A stretch of DNA of 64,000 nucleotides from Burkholderiales bacterium (lineage in GTDB: Bacteria; Pseudomonadota; Gammaproteobacteria; Burkholderiales; SG8-39), in assembly GCA_035459025.1 (NCBI GenBank), contig DATHYT010000045.1, positions 13,171 through 77,170 on the forward strand, given 5' to 3'. The notes below the pieces were generated by a model. That model saw only the letters and a program-made list of their open reading frames with translations, was not told where the DNA came from and did no database searches. Below, piece after piece: positions 46,401 to 56,070 of this stretch. The position numbers and the translations under genes are program-made. How positions within the stretch are numbered: position 1 is the stretch's first letter; each line of letters starts with the position of its first letter.

Positions 46401-48965
46401 AAGTCGATCGACGTCGACATCCCGCGCCAGCGCTTCACGGTGGTGACCGGGGTGTCGGGCTCGGGCAAGTCCACGCTCGCCTTCGACATCCTGTTCTCCG
46501 AGGGCCAGCGCCGCTACCTCGAGTCGCTGAACGCCTATGCGCGCCAGTTCGTGCAGACCGCCGCGCGGCCCGATGTCGACGCCATCTACGGCATCCCGCC
46601 GACCGTCGCCATCGAGCAGCGCACCAGCCGCGGCGGCCGCAAGAGCACCGTCGGCACGCTCACCGAGATCCACCATTTCCTGCGGCTCCTTTTCGTCAAG
46701 CTCGGCACGCCGCACTGCCCCGACTGCGACGTGGCGATCGAACCGCAGAGCGAGGACGCGATCGCCGCGCGCCTGATGAAGGCGCACCGCAACGACACCG
46801 TGGTGTTGCTCGCGCCGCTCGTCGTCAACCGCAAGGGCGTCTACACCGACCTCGCGAAGTGGGCCGCGTCCAAGGGCTACTCGCAGCTGCGCGTGGACGG
46901 CAAGCTCCTGCCGCTGCGGCCCTTTCCGCGCCTCGACCGCTTCAAGGAGCACACCATCGAGCTGCCGGTCGGCTACGTGAAGGTGACGCCGAGGAACGAG
47001 AAGGAGCTGCGCGAGCGGCTCACGCGCGCCCTCGAGCACGGCAAGGGCGTGGTGCATGTGCAGACCGGGAAGCACATCCAGGTCTACTCCACCAAGCGCG
47101 CCTGCCCCTCGTGCGGGCGCAGCTTCCAGGAGCTCGACCCGCGCCTCTTTTCGTACAACTCGCGCCACGGCTGGTGCCCGAGCTGCGTCGGCACCGGGTT
47201 GCAGCTGAAGGACGTGGGCTGGGACGCGGAGCGCTCGCGCACGGGGCAGGAAGACCACGTGCTCGACTCGTGGCTCGAGTGGCTGGAAGTGGACGAAGCC
47301 TGCCCCGCCTGCGAGGGCAAGCGCCTCAATCCCGAGGCGCTCGCCGTGCGCTGGCGCGGCCGGAGCATCGCCGACTACGGCATGCAGCCGGTGGCGCAGC
47401 TCACCGAGCTGTTCGCGAAGGTGAAGCTGGAGGGCCGCAGCGCCGAGATCGCGCGCGACCTCGTCGCCGAGCTGAGGAGCCGCCTCGGCTTCCTGAAGGA
47501 AGTCGGCCTCGACTATCTCGCGCTCGACCGCGCCGCGCCCACGCTCTCGGGCGGCGAGGCGCAGCGGATCCGGCTGGCCGCCCAGCTCGGCTCCAACCTG
47601 CGCGGCGTGTGCTACATCCTCGACGAACCGACCATCGGCCTGCACCACCGCGACAACCGGATCCTCCTCGATGTGCTGGAAAAGCTCGAGGCCAAGGGCA
47701 ACACCCTGGTGGTCGTGGAGCACGACGAGGACACCATCCGCCGCGCGCACCACGTCATCGACCTCGGCCCGGGCGCGGGCAAGCAGGGGGGCCGCGTCAT
47801 CGCCGAAGGCACCGCCGACGAACTGGTGCAGTCTCCCGAGTCCGTCACCGGGCGCTTCCTCGCCCACCCCTTGCGCCACCCGCTGCAGCCGCGCCGCCGC
47901 GTGGCGAAGGACGCGCCGGCGCTCGAGATCGGCGGCGCCTCGATGCACAACCTGAAACGCATCGACGTGCGCATACCGATCGCGCGCCTCAGTGCCATCA
48001 CCGGCGTCTCCGGCTCGGGCAAGTCGACGCTCGCGCGCGACGTGCTGCATGACAGCCTGAAGGCGGGCGGCCCCATCGGCTGCAAGACCCTGAAGGGCCG
48101 CAAGCTCGTCGAGCGCGTGCTCGAAGTCGACCAGGCGCCGATCGGCAAGACCCCGCGCTCCTGCCCCGCAACGTACGTGGGCTTCTGGGACGCGATCCGG
48201 CGCCTGTTCGCCGACACGAGCGAAGCGCGCATCCGCGGCTGGGGCCCGAGCCGCTTTTCCTTCAACACCAAGGGCGGGCGCTGCGAGACCTGCGAGGGCC
48301 AGGGCCTGAAGAGAATCGAGATGAGCTTCCTGCCCGACGTGAAGGTGGCATGCGAAGCCTGCAACGGCCTGCGCTTCAACGCCGAAACGCTCGGCGCGCA
48401 CCTGCGCGGCAAATCGGTGGGCGACGTCCTGGCGATGAGCGTCGACGAGGCGGTGGAGTTCTTCGCCGCGCATCCGTCGATCAATCATGCGCTGAGGTTG
48501 CTGCAGGACGTGGGGCTCGGCTACCTCACGCTCGGGCAGCAGAGCCCGACGCTGTCAGGAGGAGAGGCGCAGAGGATCAAGCTTGTCACGGAATTGGCGA
48601 AGGTAAGGGAGCTCGGGGGTTCTACACATCTCCCGTCTCCCGCTTCTTCCTTTGGGAGACGGGAGACAGCGGTTAAAGGCGCAAAAACACTCTACGTCCT
48701 CGACGAACCCACCGTAGGCCTGCACATGGCCGACGTCGAAAAGCTGATCCGCGTGCTGCACCGCCTGGTCGACGCCGGCAACACGGTGGTCGTGGTCGAG
48801 CACAATCTTGACATCATCGCCGAAGCCGATTGGCTGATCGACCTCGGCCCCGAAGGGGGCGACGCCGGCGGCAAGGCCGTCTACCAGGGTTCGCCCGAGC
48901 GCGCTTCCCGAGGCCACACCGCGCAGGCGCTGAACGCGTTCCTCGCGGAGCGCAAGGCCGCGTGA
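43455..48965 (+). CDS. tandem-duplicated UvrA-like excinuclease ATPase (two complete UvrA modules in one 1836-aa chain: 4 ABC NBDs, 6 zinc modules)
   Basis: ORF 42819..48965(+). The first 212 codons overlap the divergent neighbouring gene and are junk, so the start is taken at in-frame ATG 43455 (a downstream TTG is also possible). Module 1: [25 protein letters not shown] ... LSGGEVQR ... [11 protein letters not shown] ... [11 protein letters not shown]...DEPTTGLH ... [12 protein letters not shown]. Module 2: [25 protein letters not shown] ... [11 protein letters not shown] ... [11 protein letters not shown] ... [11 protein letters not shown]...DEPTVGLH. All CxxC zinc-module pairs are present in both modules. 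Confidence 0.9.
   Translation: [1836 protein letters not shown]
44187..44229. repeat. in-frame hairpin element A inside uvrA module 1 (17-bp stem, 9-nt loop)
   Basis: TCTGCCGACTTGGCCGG / CCGGCCAGGTCGGCAGA gives 16 Watson-Crick pairs plus one G-T. It is embedded in a low-GC patch (about 44150-44260) encoding about 25 residues that are absent at the equivalent place in module 2. Confidence 0.8.
46310..46364. repeat. in-frame REP-like palindrome B forming the inter-module linker of the fused UvrA (19-bp perfect stem, 17-nt loop)
   Basis: GGGGACAGACCTCATTTCC (46310-46328) and GGAAATGAGGTCTGTCCCC (46346-46364) are perfect reverse complements. The core GGGACAGACCTCATTT is shared with the palindrome at 56764-56830. 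Confidence 0.95.
48629..48666. repeat. in-frame hairpin element C inside the last NBD of uvrA module 2 (13-bp perfect stem, 12-nt loop; each arm is a tandem 7-mer)
   Basis: TCTCCCGTCTCCC (48629-48641) pairs with GGGAGACGGGAGA (48654-48666). The arms are TCTCCCG x2 and GGGAGAC x2. It lies in a low-GC patch that adds about 23 residues between the ABC signature and Walker B. Confidence 0.85.
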
Positions 48966-49852
48966 GCGCGCTTCCCCCGCCGCGGCGCGCGGTCGCGCTG
49001 GCGCTGATGGTCGTGGCGCCGGTGCTGTGGAGCACCGCGGGGGTGCTTTCGCGCCTGATCCAGTCCGCGGGCGCCTTCGAGATGGCGTTCTGGCGCTCGA
49101 GCATCGCCGCCGTGTTCGTGTTCACCGCGCTCTCGCTGCTGCAGGGCGGGCGGCCCTTCGCCACCCTGCGCGCGGCGGGCCTCCCCGGCCTGATCTCCGG
49201 CGCCATGTGGGCGGTGATGTTCACCTGCTTCATCGTCGCGCTCACGCTCACCACCGTCGCCAACGTCCTGGTGGTGTCGAGCCTGGGCCCGCTTTGCACC
49301 GCGCTGCTCACCTGGCTCATGCTGCGCGAGCCGATTCCCACGCGCAGCTGGCTCGCGATCGTCGCCGCGAGCGTCGGCATGGGCGCCATGTTCGGCGCGG
49401 GGTTCACGGCCGACGACTGGAGCCACGTCGCCGGGCTCGCGCTCGCGCTCACCATCCCGATCGCGGGCGCGATCAACATCGTGGTGCTGCGAAAGAGCGG
49501 TGCGCACCTGGATCTGATGCCCGCCGTGATGCTCGGCGCGCTGATCTCGGCGGTGGTGTCGCTGCCCTTCGCGCTGCCGTTGGCCGCGAGCGGGCGCGAC
49601 CTGCTGGTGCTCGGCACACTCGGCGTGTTCCAGCTCGGCGTGCCCTGCCTGATGCTGGTGCTCGCCGCCCGCACGCTCACCGCGCCCGAAGTCGCGCTGC
49701 TCGCGCTGCTGGAGGTGGTGCTGGGGCCGCTGTGGACCTGGCTCGGTGCGGGCGAAGTGCCCGCGGGCGCGACCATCGCCGGCGGCGCCATCGTGCTCGC
49801 GGCGCTGGCGGGAAACGAGGCCGCCGCGCTCGCCGAGCGCAAGCGTGTATAA
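48962..49852 (+). CDS. EamA/DMT family transporter
   Basis: Inside ORF 48830..49852. The in-frame GTG 48962 overlaps the uvrA-like TGA (GTGA); the alternative ATG at 49006 is also in frame. About 10 TM helices in two EamA halves. Confidence 0.8.
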   Translation: MSALPPPRRAVALALMVVAPVLWSTAGVLSRLIQSAGAFEMAFWRSSIAAVFVFTALSLLQGGRPFATLRAAGLPGLISGAMWAVMFTCFIVALTLTTVANVLVVSSLGPLCTALLTWLMLREPIPTRSWLAIVAASVGMGAMFGAGFTADDWSHVAGLALALTIPIAGAINIVVLRKSGAHLDLMPAVMLGALISAVVSLPFALPLAASGRDLLVLGTLGVFQLGVPCLMLVLAARTLTAPEVALLALLEVVLGPLWTWLGAGEVPAGATIAGGAIVLAALAGNEAAALAERKRV

Positions 49853-49999
49853 TGCGCTCCAGGTTTCTGCAGCGCGTACTTCCGGTTTGCGTTTCAGTCG
49901 TTAGTCAGTCCATCCTGGACTTCGAATAACAAAGCCTAAGAGCGTCGGCCTGAACCGGTAGAAGGGTTCTCCTTCCCGGGCCGGCACCAGGAGAAAGAC

Positions 50000-51322
<1,323 letters not shown>

Positions 51323-51488
51323 CGGTCAGGACGGCAATCTTCCGCGCCGGCCGCGCAGCTTCCGCAGTTCGGCTGCAGCGGTGCCGGTGGCGGCAAGCGC
51401 CGCCGCCCCGGCGGTACCCACGCGATAGGGCGTACGCAGCACGGGGCATGCCTTGACCTGGCACACGCTCGGTTAAACTCGGGCGACC

Positions 51489-53987
51489 ATGCGCGAGCCC
51501 ACCCCGAAGACCATCTACCTCAAGGACTACACGCCGCCCGCCTTTGTCGTGCCGCACGTGGAGCTCGACGTCGACATCCGCGAGGACCACGCCCTCGTCA
51601 AGGCGAAGCTGCAGGTGAAGCGCAACGCGGGAGGCAAGGGGCCGCTGGTGCTGGACGGCGACGAGCTCGAGCTCGTGTCGGTGTCGCTGGACGGCAAGCC
51701 CGCGAAGCACGACGTCGCCCCCGACCGCCTCACGGTGCACGACGTGCCCGACGCCTTCACGCTCGAAACCGTGACGCGCATCGTGCCGCAGAAGAACACC
51801 AAGCTCGAGGGCCTGTACGCCACGAAGCACGGCTTCGTCACGCAGTGCGAGGCGGAAGGCTTTCGCCGCATCACCTGGTTCGTCGACCGCCCCGACAACA
51901 TGGCGCGCTACCTCGTCACGCTGCACGCCGACAAGGCGCGCTACCCGATTCTGCTCTCCAACGGCAACCGCACCGGCGGCGGCGACGAGGCCGGCGGGCG
52001 GCACTGGGCGGCGTTCGACGACCCGTTCCCCAAGCCCTCGTACCTGTTCGCGCTGGTGGCGGCGAACCTGGAGGAGCTGAAGGACGCGTTCGACACCCGC
52101 TCGGGCAAGCGCGCCGAGCTTTCCGTCTACGTTGAGCCCGGCAAGCTCGACCAGGCGGGCTGGGCGATGCAGTGCCTGAAGCGCGCCATGCGGTGGGACG
52201 AGCAGCGCTTCGGCCTCGAGCTCGACCTCGCGCAGTACAAGATCGTGGCGGTGGGCGACTTCAACTCCGGCGCCATGGAGAACAAGGGCCTCAACATCTT
52301 CAACACGCGCTTCGTGCTGGCGCGCCCCGACACCGCCACCGATGCCGACTACCAGGCGATCGACGCGGTGGTGGCGCACGAGTACTTCCACAACTGGACG
52401 GGCGACCGCGTCACCTGCCGCGACTGGTTCCAGCTGTCGCTGAAGGAAGGCCTCACGGTGTTCCGCGACCAGGAGTACAGCTCCGACCAGTACTCGCGCG
52501 CCGTCGAGCGCATCCAGAACGTGAGGATGCTGCGCGCCGGGCAGTTCCCCGAGGACGCGGGACCGCAGAAGCACCCGGTGCGCCCGCAGTCCTACATGGA
52601 GATCCGCAACTTCTACACCATGACCGTGTACGAGAAGGGCGCGGAGGTGGTGCGCATGCAGCACACGCTGCTGGGCGAAGCGAAGTTCCAGGCCGGGATG
52701 AAGCTGTACTTCCAGCGCCACGACGGCCACGCGGTCACCTGCGACGATTTCGTGCAGGCGATGCAGGACGCCTCGGGCGTCGACCTGTCGCAGTTCCGGC
52801 GCTGGTACGACGTCGCCGGCACGCCGGTGCTCGAGTGCGCCGGTGAGCACCGCGACGGCCGCTTCACCCTGCGCGTGAAGCAGTCGATAGACCCGCCGTT
52901 GCACATCCCGCTGGCGGTGAAGGTGGGTCCGCACGAGCGCGTCCTGCCGGTGAAACGCGCCGAGGAGACCTTTACCTTCGACGTGGCGGAGCCTGTGGTG
53001 CCGTCGCTGCTGCGCGGCTTTTCCGCTCCGGTGATCCTGAACTACCCGTACAGCGAATCCGACCTGGTGCGCCTGATGGCCGGGGACGACGATCCCTTCA
53101 ACCGCTGGGAAGCGGGCCAGCGGCTCGCCGCCGACATCATCCTCAAGCGCGGCGGCGAGCCCTCGGCCGCGTTCCTCGAGGCCGCGCGCCGCGTCCTGGC
53201 GGAAAAGGACCACGCGTTCGTCGCCGAGGCGCTCGCCCTGCCCTCGGAAGCGTTCCTCGCCGAGCAGATGGCGGTCGTCGATCCGGATGCGCTGCACGAG
53301 GCGCGCAACACCCTGCGCCGGCGGATCGCCGAGGCGCTGGAGCCGGAGCTGGCCGCGGCCTACCGCGCACTGGAGTCGCGCGCGCCGTACGCGCCCGAGC
53401 CCGCGGCGATCGGCCGGCGCGCGCTGCGCAACCTCTGCCTCGGCTACCTCGTGGAGCTGGGCCGGAGCGCGCTCGCCGACGCGCAGTTCCGCCGCGCCGA
53501 CAACATGACCGACGCCATGGCGGCGCTCGCCTGCCTGGCCAACGCCGACTGTCCCGAGCGCGAGCCGGCGCTGCAGGCGTTCTATGACAAGTGGCACGAC
53601 GAGCCGCTGGTGGTCGACAAGTGGCTCTCCGTGCAGGCCCTGTCGCGCCTGCCCGGGACGCTCGCGCGCGTGCGCGGGCTGCTCGCGCATCCGGCGTTCG
53701 ACATCAAGGTGCCGAACAAGGTGTACGCGCTGGTGCGCGCTTTTGCCGCCAACCACGTGCGCTTCCACGCCGCCGACGGTGCGGGCTATGCGTTCCTCGC
53801 CGAGCGCGTGCTCGAGCTCGACCGCCTCAATCCGCAGGTGGCGGCGCGCATGGCGCGAGGCTTCGATCGCTGGCGCAAGTTCGACGCCGCGCGCCAGGCG
53901 CTCGCCCGCGCGCAGCTCGAGCGCATCCGCGACGCGGCCGGGCTGTCGCGCGACGTGGCCGAGATCGTCGGCAAGTCGCTTGCCTGA
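51489..53987 (+). CDS. pepN: aminopeptidase N
   Basis: 832 aa. GAMEN motif (FNSGAMENKGLNIFN) and zinc motif HEYFHNWTGDRVTCRDWFQLSLKEG. Collinear with E. coli PepN along its length. Confidence 0.95.
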   Translation: MREPTPKTIYLKDYTPPAFVVPHVELDVDIREDHALVKAKLQVKRNAGGKGPLVLDGDELELVSVSLDGKPAKHDVAPDRLTVHDVPDAFTLETVTRIVPQKNTKLEGLYATKHGFVTQCEAEGFRRITWFVDRPDNMARYLVTLHADKARYPILLSNGNRTGGGDEAGGRHWAAFDDPFPKPSYLFALVAANLEELKDAFDTRSGKRAELSVYVEPGKLDQAGWAMQCLKRAMRWDEQRFGLELDLAQYKIVAVGDFNSGAMENKGLNIFNTRFVLARPDTATDADYQAIDAVVAHEYFHNWTGDRVTCRDWFQLSLKEGLTVFRDQEYSSDQYSRAVERIQNVRMLRAGQFPEDAGPQKHPVRPQSYMEIRNFYTMTVYEKGAEVVRMQHTLLGEAKFQAGMKLYFQRHDGHAVTCDDFVQAMQDASGVDLSQFRRWYDVAGTPVLECAGEHRDGRFTLRVKQSIDPPLHIPLAVKVGPHERVLPVKRAEETFTFDVAEPVVPSLLRGFSAPVILNYPYSESDLVRLMAGDDDPFNRWEAGQRLAADIILKRGGEPSAAFLEAARRVLAEKDHAFVAEALALPSEAFLAEQMAVVDPDALHEARNTLRRRIAEALEPELAAAYRALESRAPYAPEPAAIGRRALRNLCLGYLVELGRSALADAQFRRADNMTDAMAALACLANADCPEREPALQAFYDKWHDEPLVVDKWLSVQALSRLPGTLARVRGLLAHPAFDIKVPNKVYALVRAFAANHVRFHAADGAGYAFLAERVLELDRLNPQVAARMARGFDRWRKFDAARQALARAQLERIRDAAGLSRDVAEIVGKSLA

Positions 53988-53997
53988 GGGCGCGGCC

Positions 53998-55221
53998 ATG
54001 GCGACGACCGTCCTCGCCGTGTTCGCCGTCGTCTACCTGGGAATGCTGCTCGGCGGGCTGCCGTTCCTGCAGCTCGATCGCACGGGCGTGGCGCTGCTCG
54101 GCGCGATCGCGCTGGTCGCCCTCGGCGCGGTGACGCCGGCGGAGGCGGCGGGCGCGGTGCACCTGCCCACGCTGCTGCTGCTTTTCTCGTTCATGGTGAT
54201 CTCGGCGCAGATGCGCCTGGGCGGCTTCTACACGAGGGTGACGCTCGACCTCGCCGACCTGCGCGTCTCGCCGGCGGCGCTGCTCGGTCTGGTGATCGGC
54301 GTGGTCGGCGCGCTCTCGGCGGTGTTCAGCAACGACATCATCTGCCTGGCGATCGCGCCGGTGCTGGCCGACGCCTGCCTTGCGCGGCGGCTCGACCCCG
54401 TGCCCTACCTCCTTGGCCTCGCCTGCGCGGCGAACGTGGGCTCGGCCGCGACGCTGATCGGCAACCCGCAGAACATGCTCATCGGGCAGACGCTCGCGCT
54501 GTCGTTCTCGGGCTACCTGGTGGAGGCCATCGCGCCCGTGCTGCTCGGGCTGGCGGCGACCTGGGGCATCCTCGTGTGGCAGACACGCGGCCGCTGGCGC
54601 ACGGTGCTCGACGACCCGCCGCCCGAGCGCCGCGAAGACTACGCGGTGTACGACCGCTGGCAGACCGCCAAGGGCCTCGGGGTCGCGCTGGCGCTCGTCG
54701 GCGCGTTCCTCCTGTCGGACGTGCCTCGCGAAGTGGCCGCGCTCGCCGGCGCCGGGCTGCTGCTGATGAGCCGCAGGTTCCATTCGCACAAGATGCTCGG
54801 GCTGGTCGATTGGGAGCTGCTGGTGCTGTTCATCGGCCTGTTCGTCGTGAACCACGCGCTGGCGCAAACCGGGATTGCCGCCGCCGCGCTCGCCTGGCTG
54901 AGCGACGCGGGCACGCCGCTCACGGACACCGGGCCGCTGTTCCTCGCCACGCTGGTGCTGTCCAACCTCGTGTCCAACGTGCCCGCCGTGATGCTGCTGC
55001 TGCCGGCGGCGACCGAGCCGTTCTCGGGGCCGATGCTCGCGCTGGTCAGCACGCTCGCCGGCAACCTGCTCATCGTGGGCTCGATCGCGAACATCATCGT
55101 GGTCGACGCCGCGCGCCGCCGCGGCATCGCCATCGACTGGCGCACGCACGCGCGCACCGGCGTTCCGGTCGCGCTGGTCACGCTCTGCGTCACCGCGGTG
55201 TGGTTCGCGCTGCGGCACTGA
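53998..55221 (+). CDS. anion permease of the ArsB/NhaD (SLC13/citrate-transporter-like) superfamily
   Basis: In-frame ATG 53998 in ORF 53584..55221. 407 aa, polytopic. The motif GSAATLIGNPQNMLIGQ and its repeat in the second half (GNLLIVGSIANIIV) are present. Confidence 0.8.
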   Translation: MATTVLAVFAVVYLGMLLGGLPFLQLDRTGVALLGAIALVALGAVTPAEAAGAVHLPTLLLLFSFMVISAQMRLGGFYTRVTLDLADLRVSPAALLGLVIGVVGALSAVFSNDIICLAIAPVLADACLARRLDPVPYLLGLACAANVGSAATLIGNPQNMLIGQTLALSFSGYLVEAIAPVLLGLAATWGILVWQTRGRWRTVLDDPPPERREDYAVYDRWQTAKGLGVALALVGAFLLSDVPREVAALAGAGLLLMSRRFHSHKMLGLVDWELLVLFIGLFVVNHALAQTGIAAAALAWLSDAGTPLTDTGPLFLATLVLSNLVSNVPAVMLLLPAATEPFSGPMLALVSTLAGNLLIVGSIANIIVVDAARRRGIAIDWRTHARTGVPVALVTLCVTAVWFALRH

Positions 55222-55347
55222 GCGCGTCGGGCGCGCCCGACGCGCGCCGCGGTGCCGCGTAAAGCGTCACGAACGCCGGCCGGCCGGCCGACGGAGTGCG
55301 CAGTTTGTCCTTAATGTTCAGCGCGCCGAGTGGCATCGTGAGCGCGC

Positions 55348-56061
55348 TTGACCTCGCCCGACATCACCTCGCGGCTGTCGACCACCGGCCAGCTCCTCGT
55401 GCGCTCGGGGATCGAGATCGGCCGGCTGCTCGACGCGATGGCACAGGACCGCAGCGCCGTGACGGCGCAGGTGCCGCCGCAGCTGCTGTTCCTGTCGCAG
55501 CTCCTGTACGTCGAGCCGGTGCGCGGCTACATGATGCTGTCGTACTCCGACCACAAGCCCGCCAACAGCGCGGCGCTGTCGGCACGCTCGCTCACCTTCC
55601 GCTGCAACCACCGCGGCGCGCAGTTCGCGTTCACCGGCGACGGGCCGCGGCAGTCCGCGCACAAGGGGCAACCCTGCATCCAGTGCGCGTTGCCGAGCGC
55701 CGTGCTCGGCATGCAGCGGCGCGGCGCCGGCCGCGTCCAGGTGCCGGCGCAGGCGCCGGTGAGCTGCGACCTGCGCATGGGCCTGATCTCGTTCCCGGGC
55801 CGCGTGGTCGACGTCAGCCTCGACGGCATCGGCACGCTGGTCACCGACCCTGCGATCCCGCTGTGCGCCGGCACGCGGCTCGAGCGCGTGCGCATCAGCC
55901 ATCCGCAGTGCACGCCGTTCCTGATCGACTTCGAAATCCGCTACGTCACGCGCGTGGTGCTGGCCAACGGCGAGCACGCCAGCCGCATCGGCTGCCAGGT
56001 GGTCGGCGCGCGCGAGCGCCTCGAAGAGCTCATCCGGCTGTTCATCATCGACCTTGCCTGA
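55348..56061 (+). CDS. YcgR-like c-di-GMP receptor (PilZN plus PilZ domains)
   Basis: 237 aa with a TTG start as given in the track (uncertain). PilZ signature RRxxxR (QRRGAGRVQV) and D/NxSxxG (DVSLDGIG). Confidence 0.75.
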   Translation: MTSPDITSRLSTTGQLLVRSGIEIGRLLDAMAQDRSAVTAQVPPQLLFLSQLLYVEPVRGYMMLSYSDHKPANSAALSARSLTFRCNHRGAQFAFTGDGPRQSAHKGQPCIQCALPSAVLGMQRRGAGRVQVPAQAPVSCDLRMGLISFPGRVVDVSLDGIGTLVTDPAIPLCAGTRLERVRISHPQCTPFLIDFEIRYVTRVVLANGEHASRIGCQVVGARERLEELIRLFIIDLA

Positions 56062-56070
56062 CGCGGGGCG

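Noticed and set aside
51453-51479. TTGACC-TGGCAC...TAAACT upstream of pepN, considered as a sigma70 or sigma54 promoter.
   Set aside because: The sigma70 spacer is only 14-15 nt. The TGGCAC is not followed by a TTGC-type -12 element at the right distance.
55222-55245. A 24-nt perfect GC palindrome (GCGCGTCGGGCG/CGCCCGACGCGC) right after the anion-permease stop.
   Set aside because: It has no loop and no U-tract, and such GC palindromes arise easily at this GC content. It may be a weak terminator, but I cannot support a feature call.
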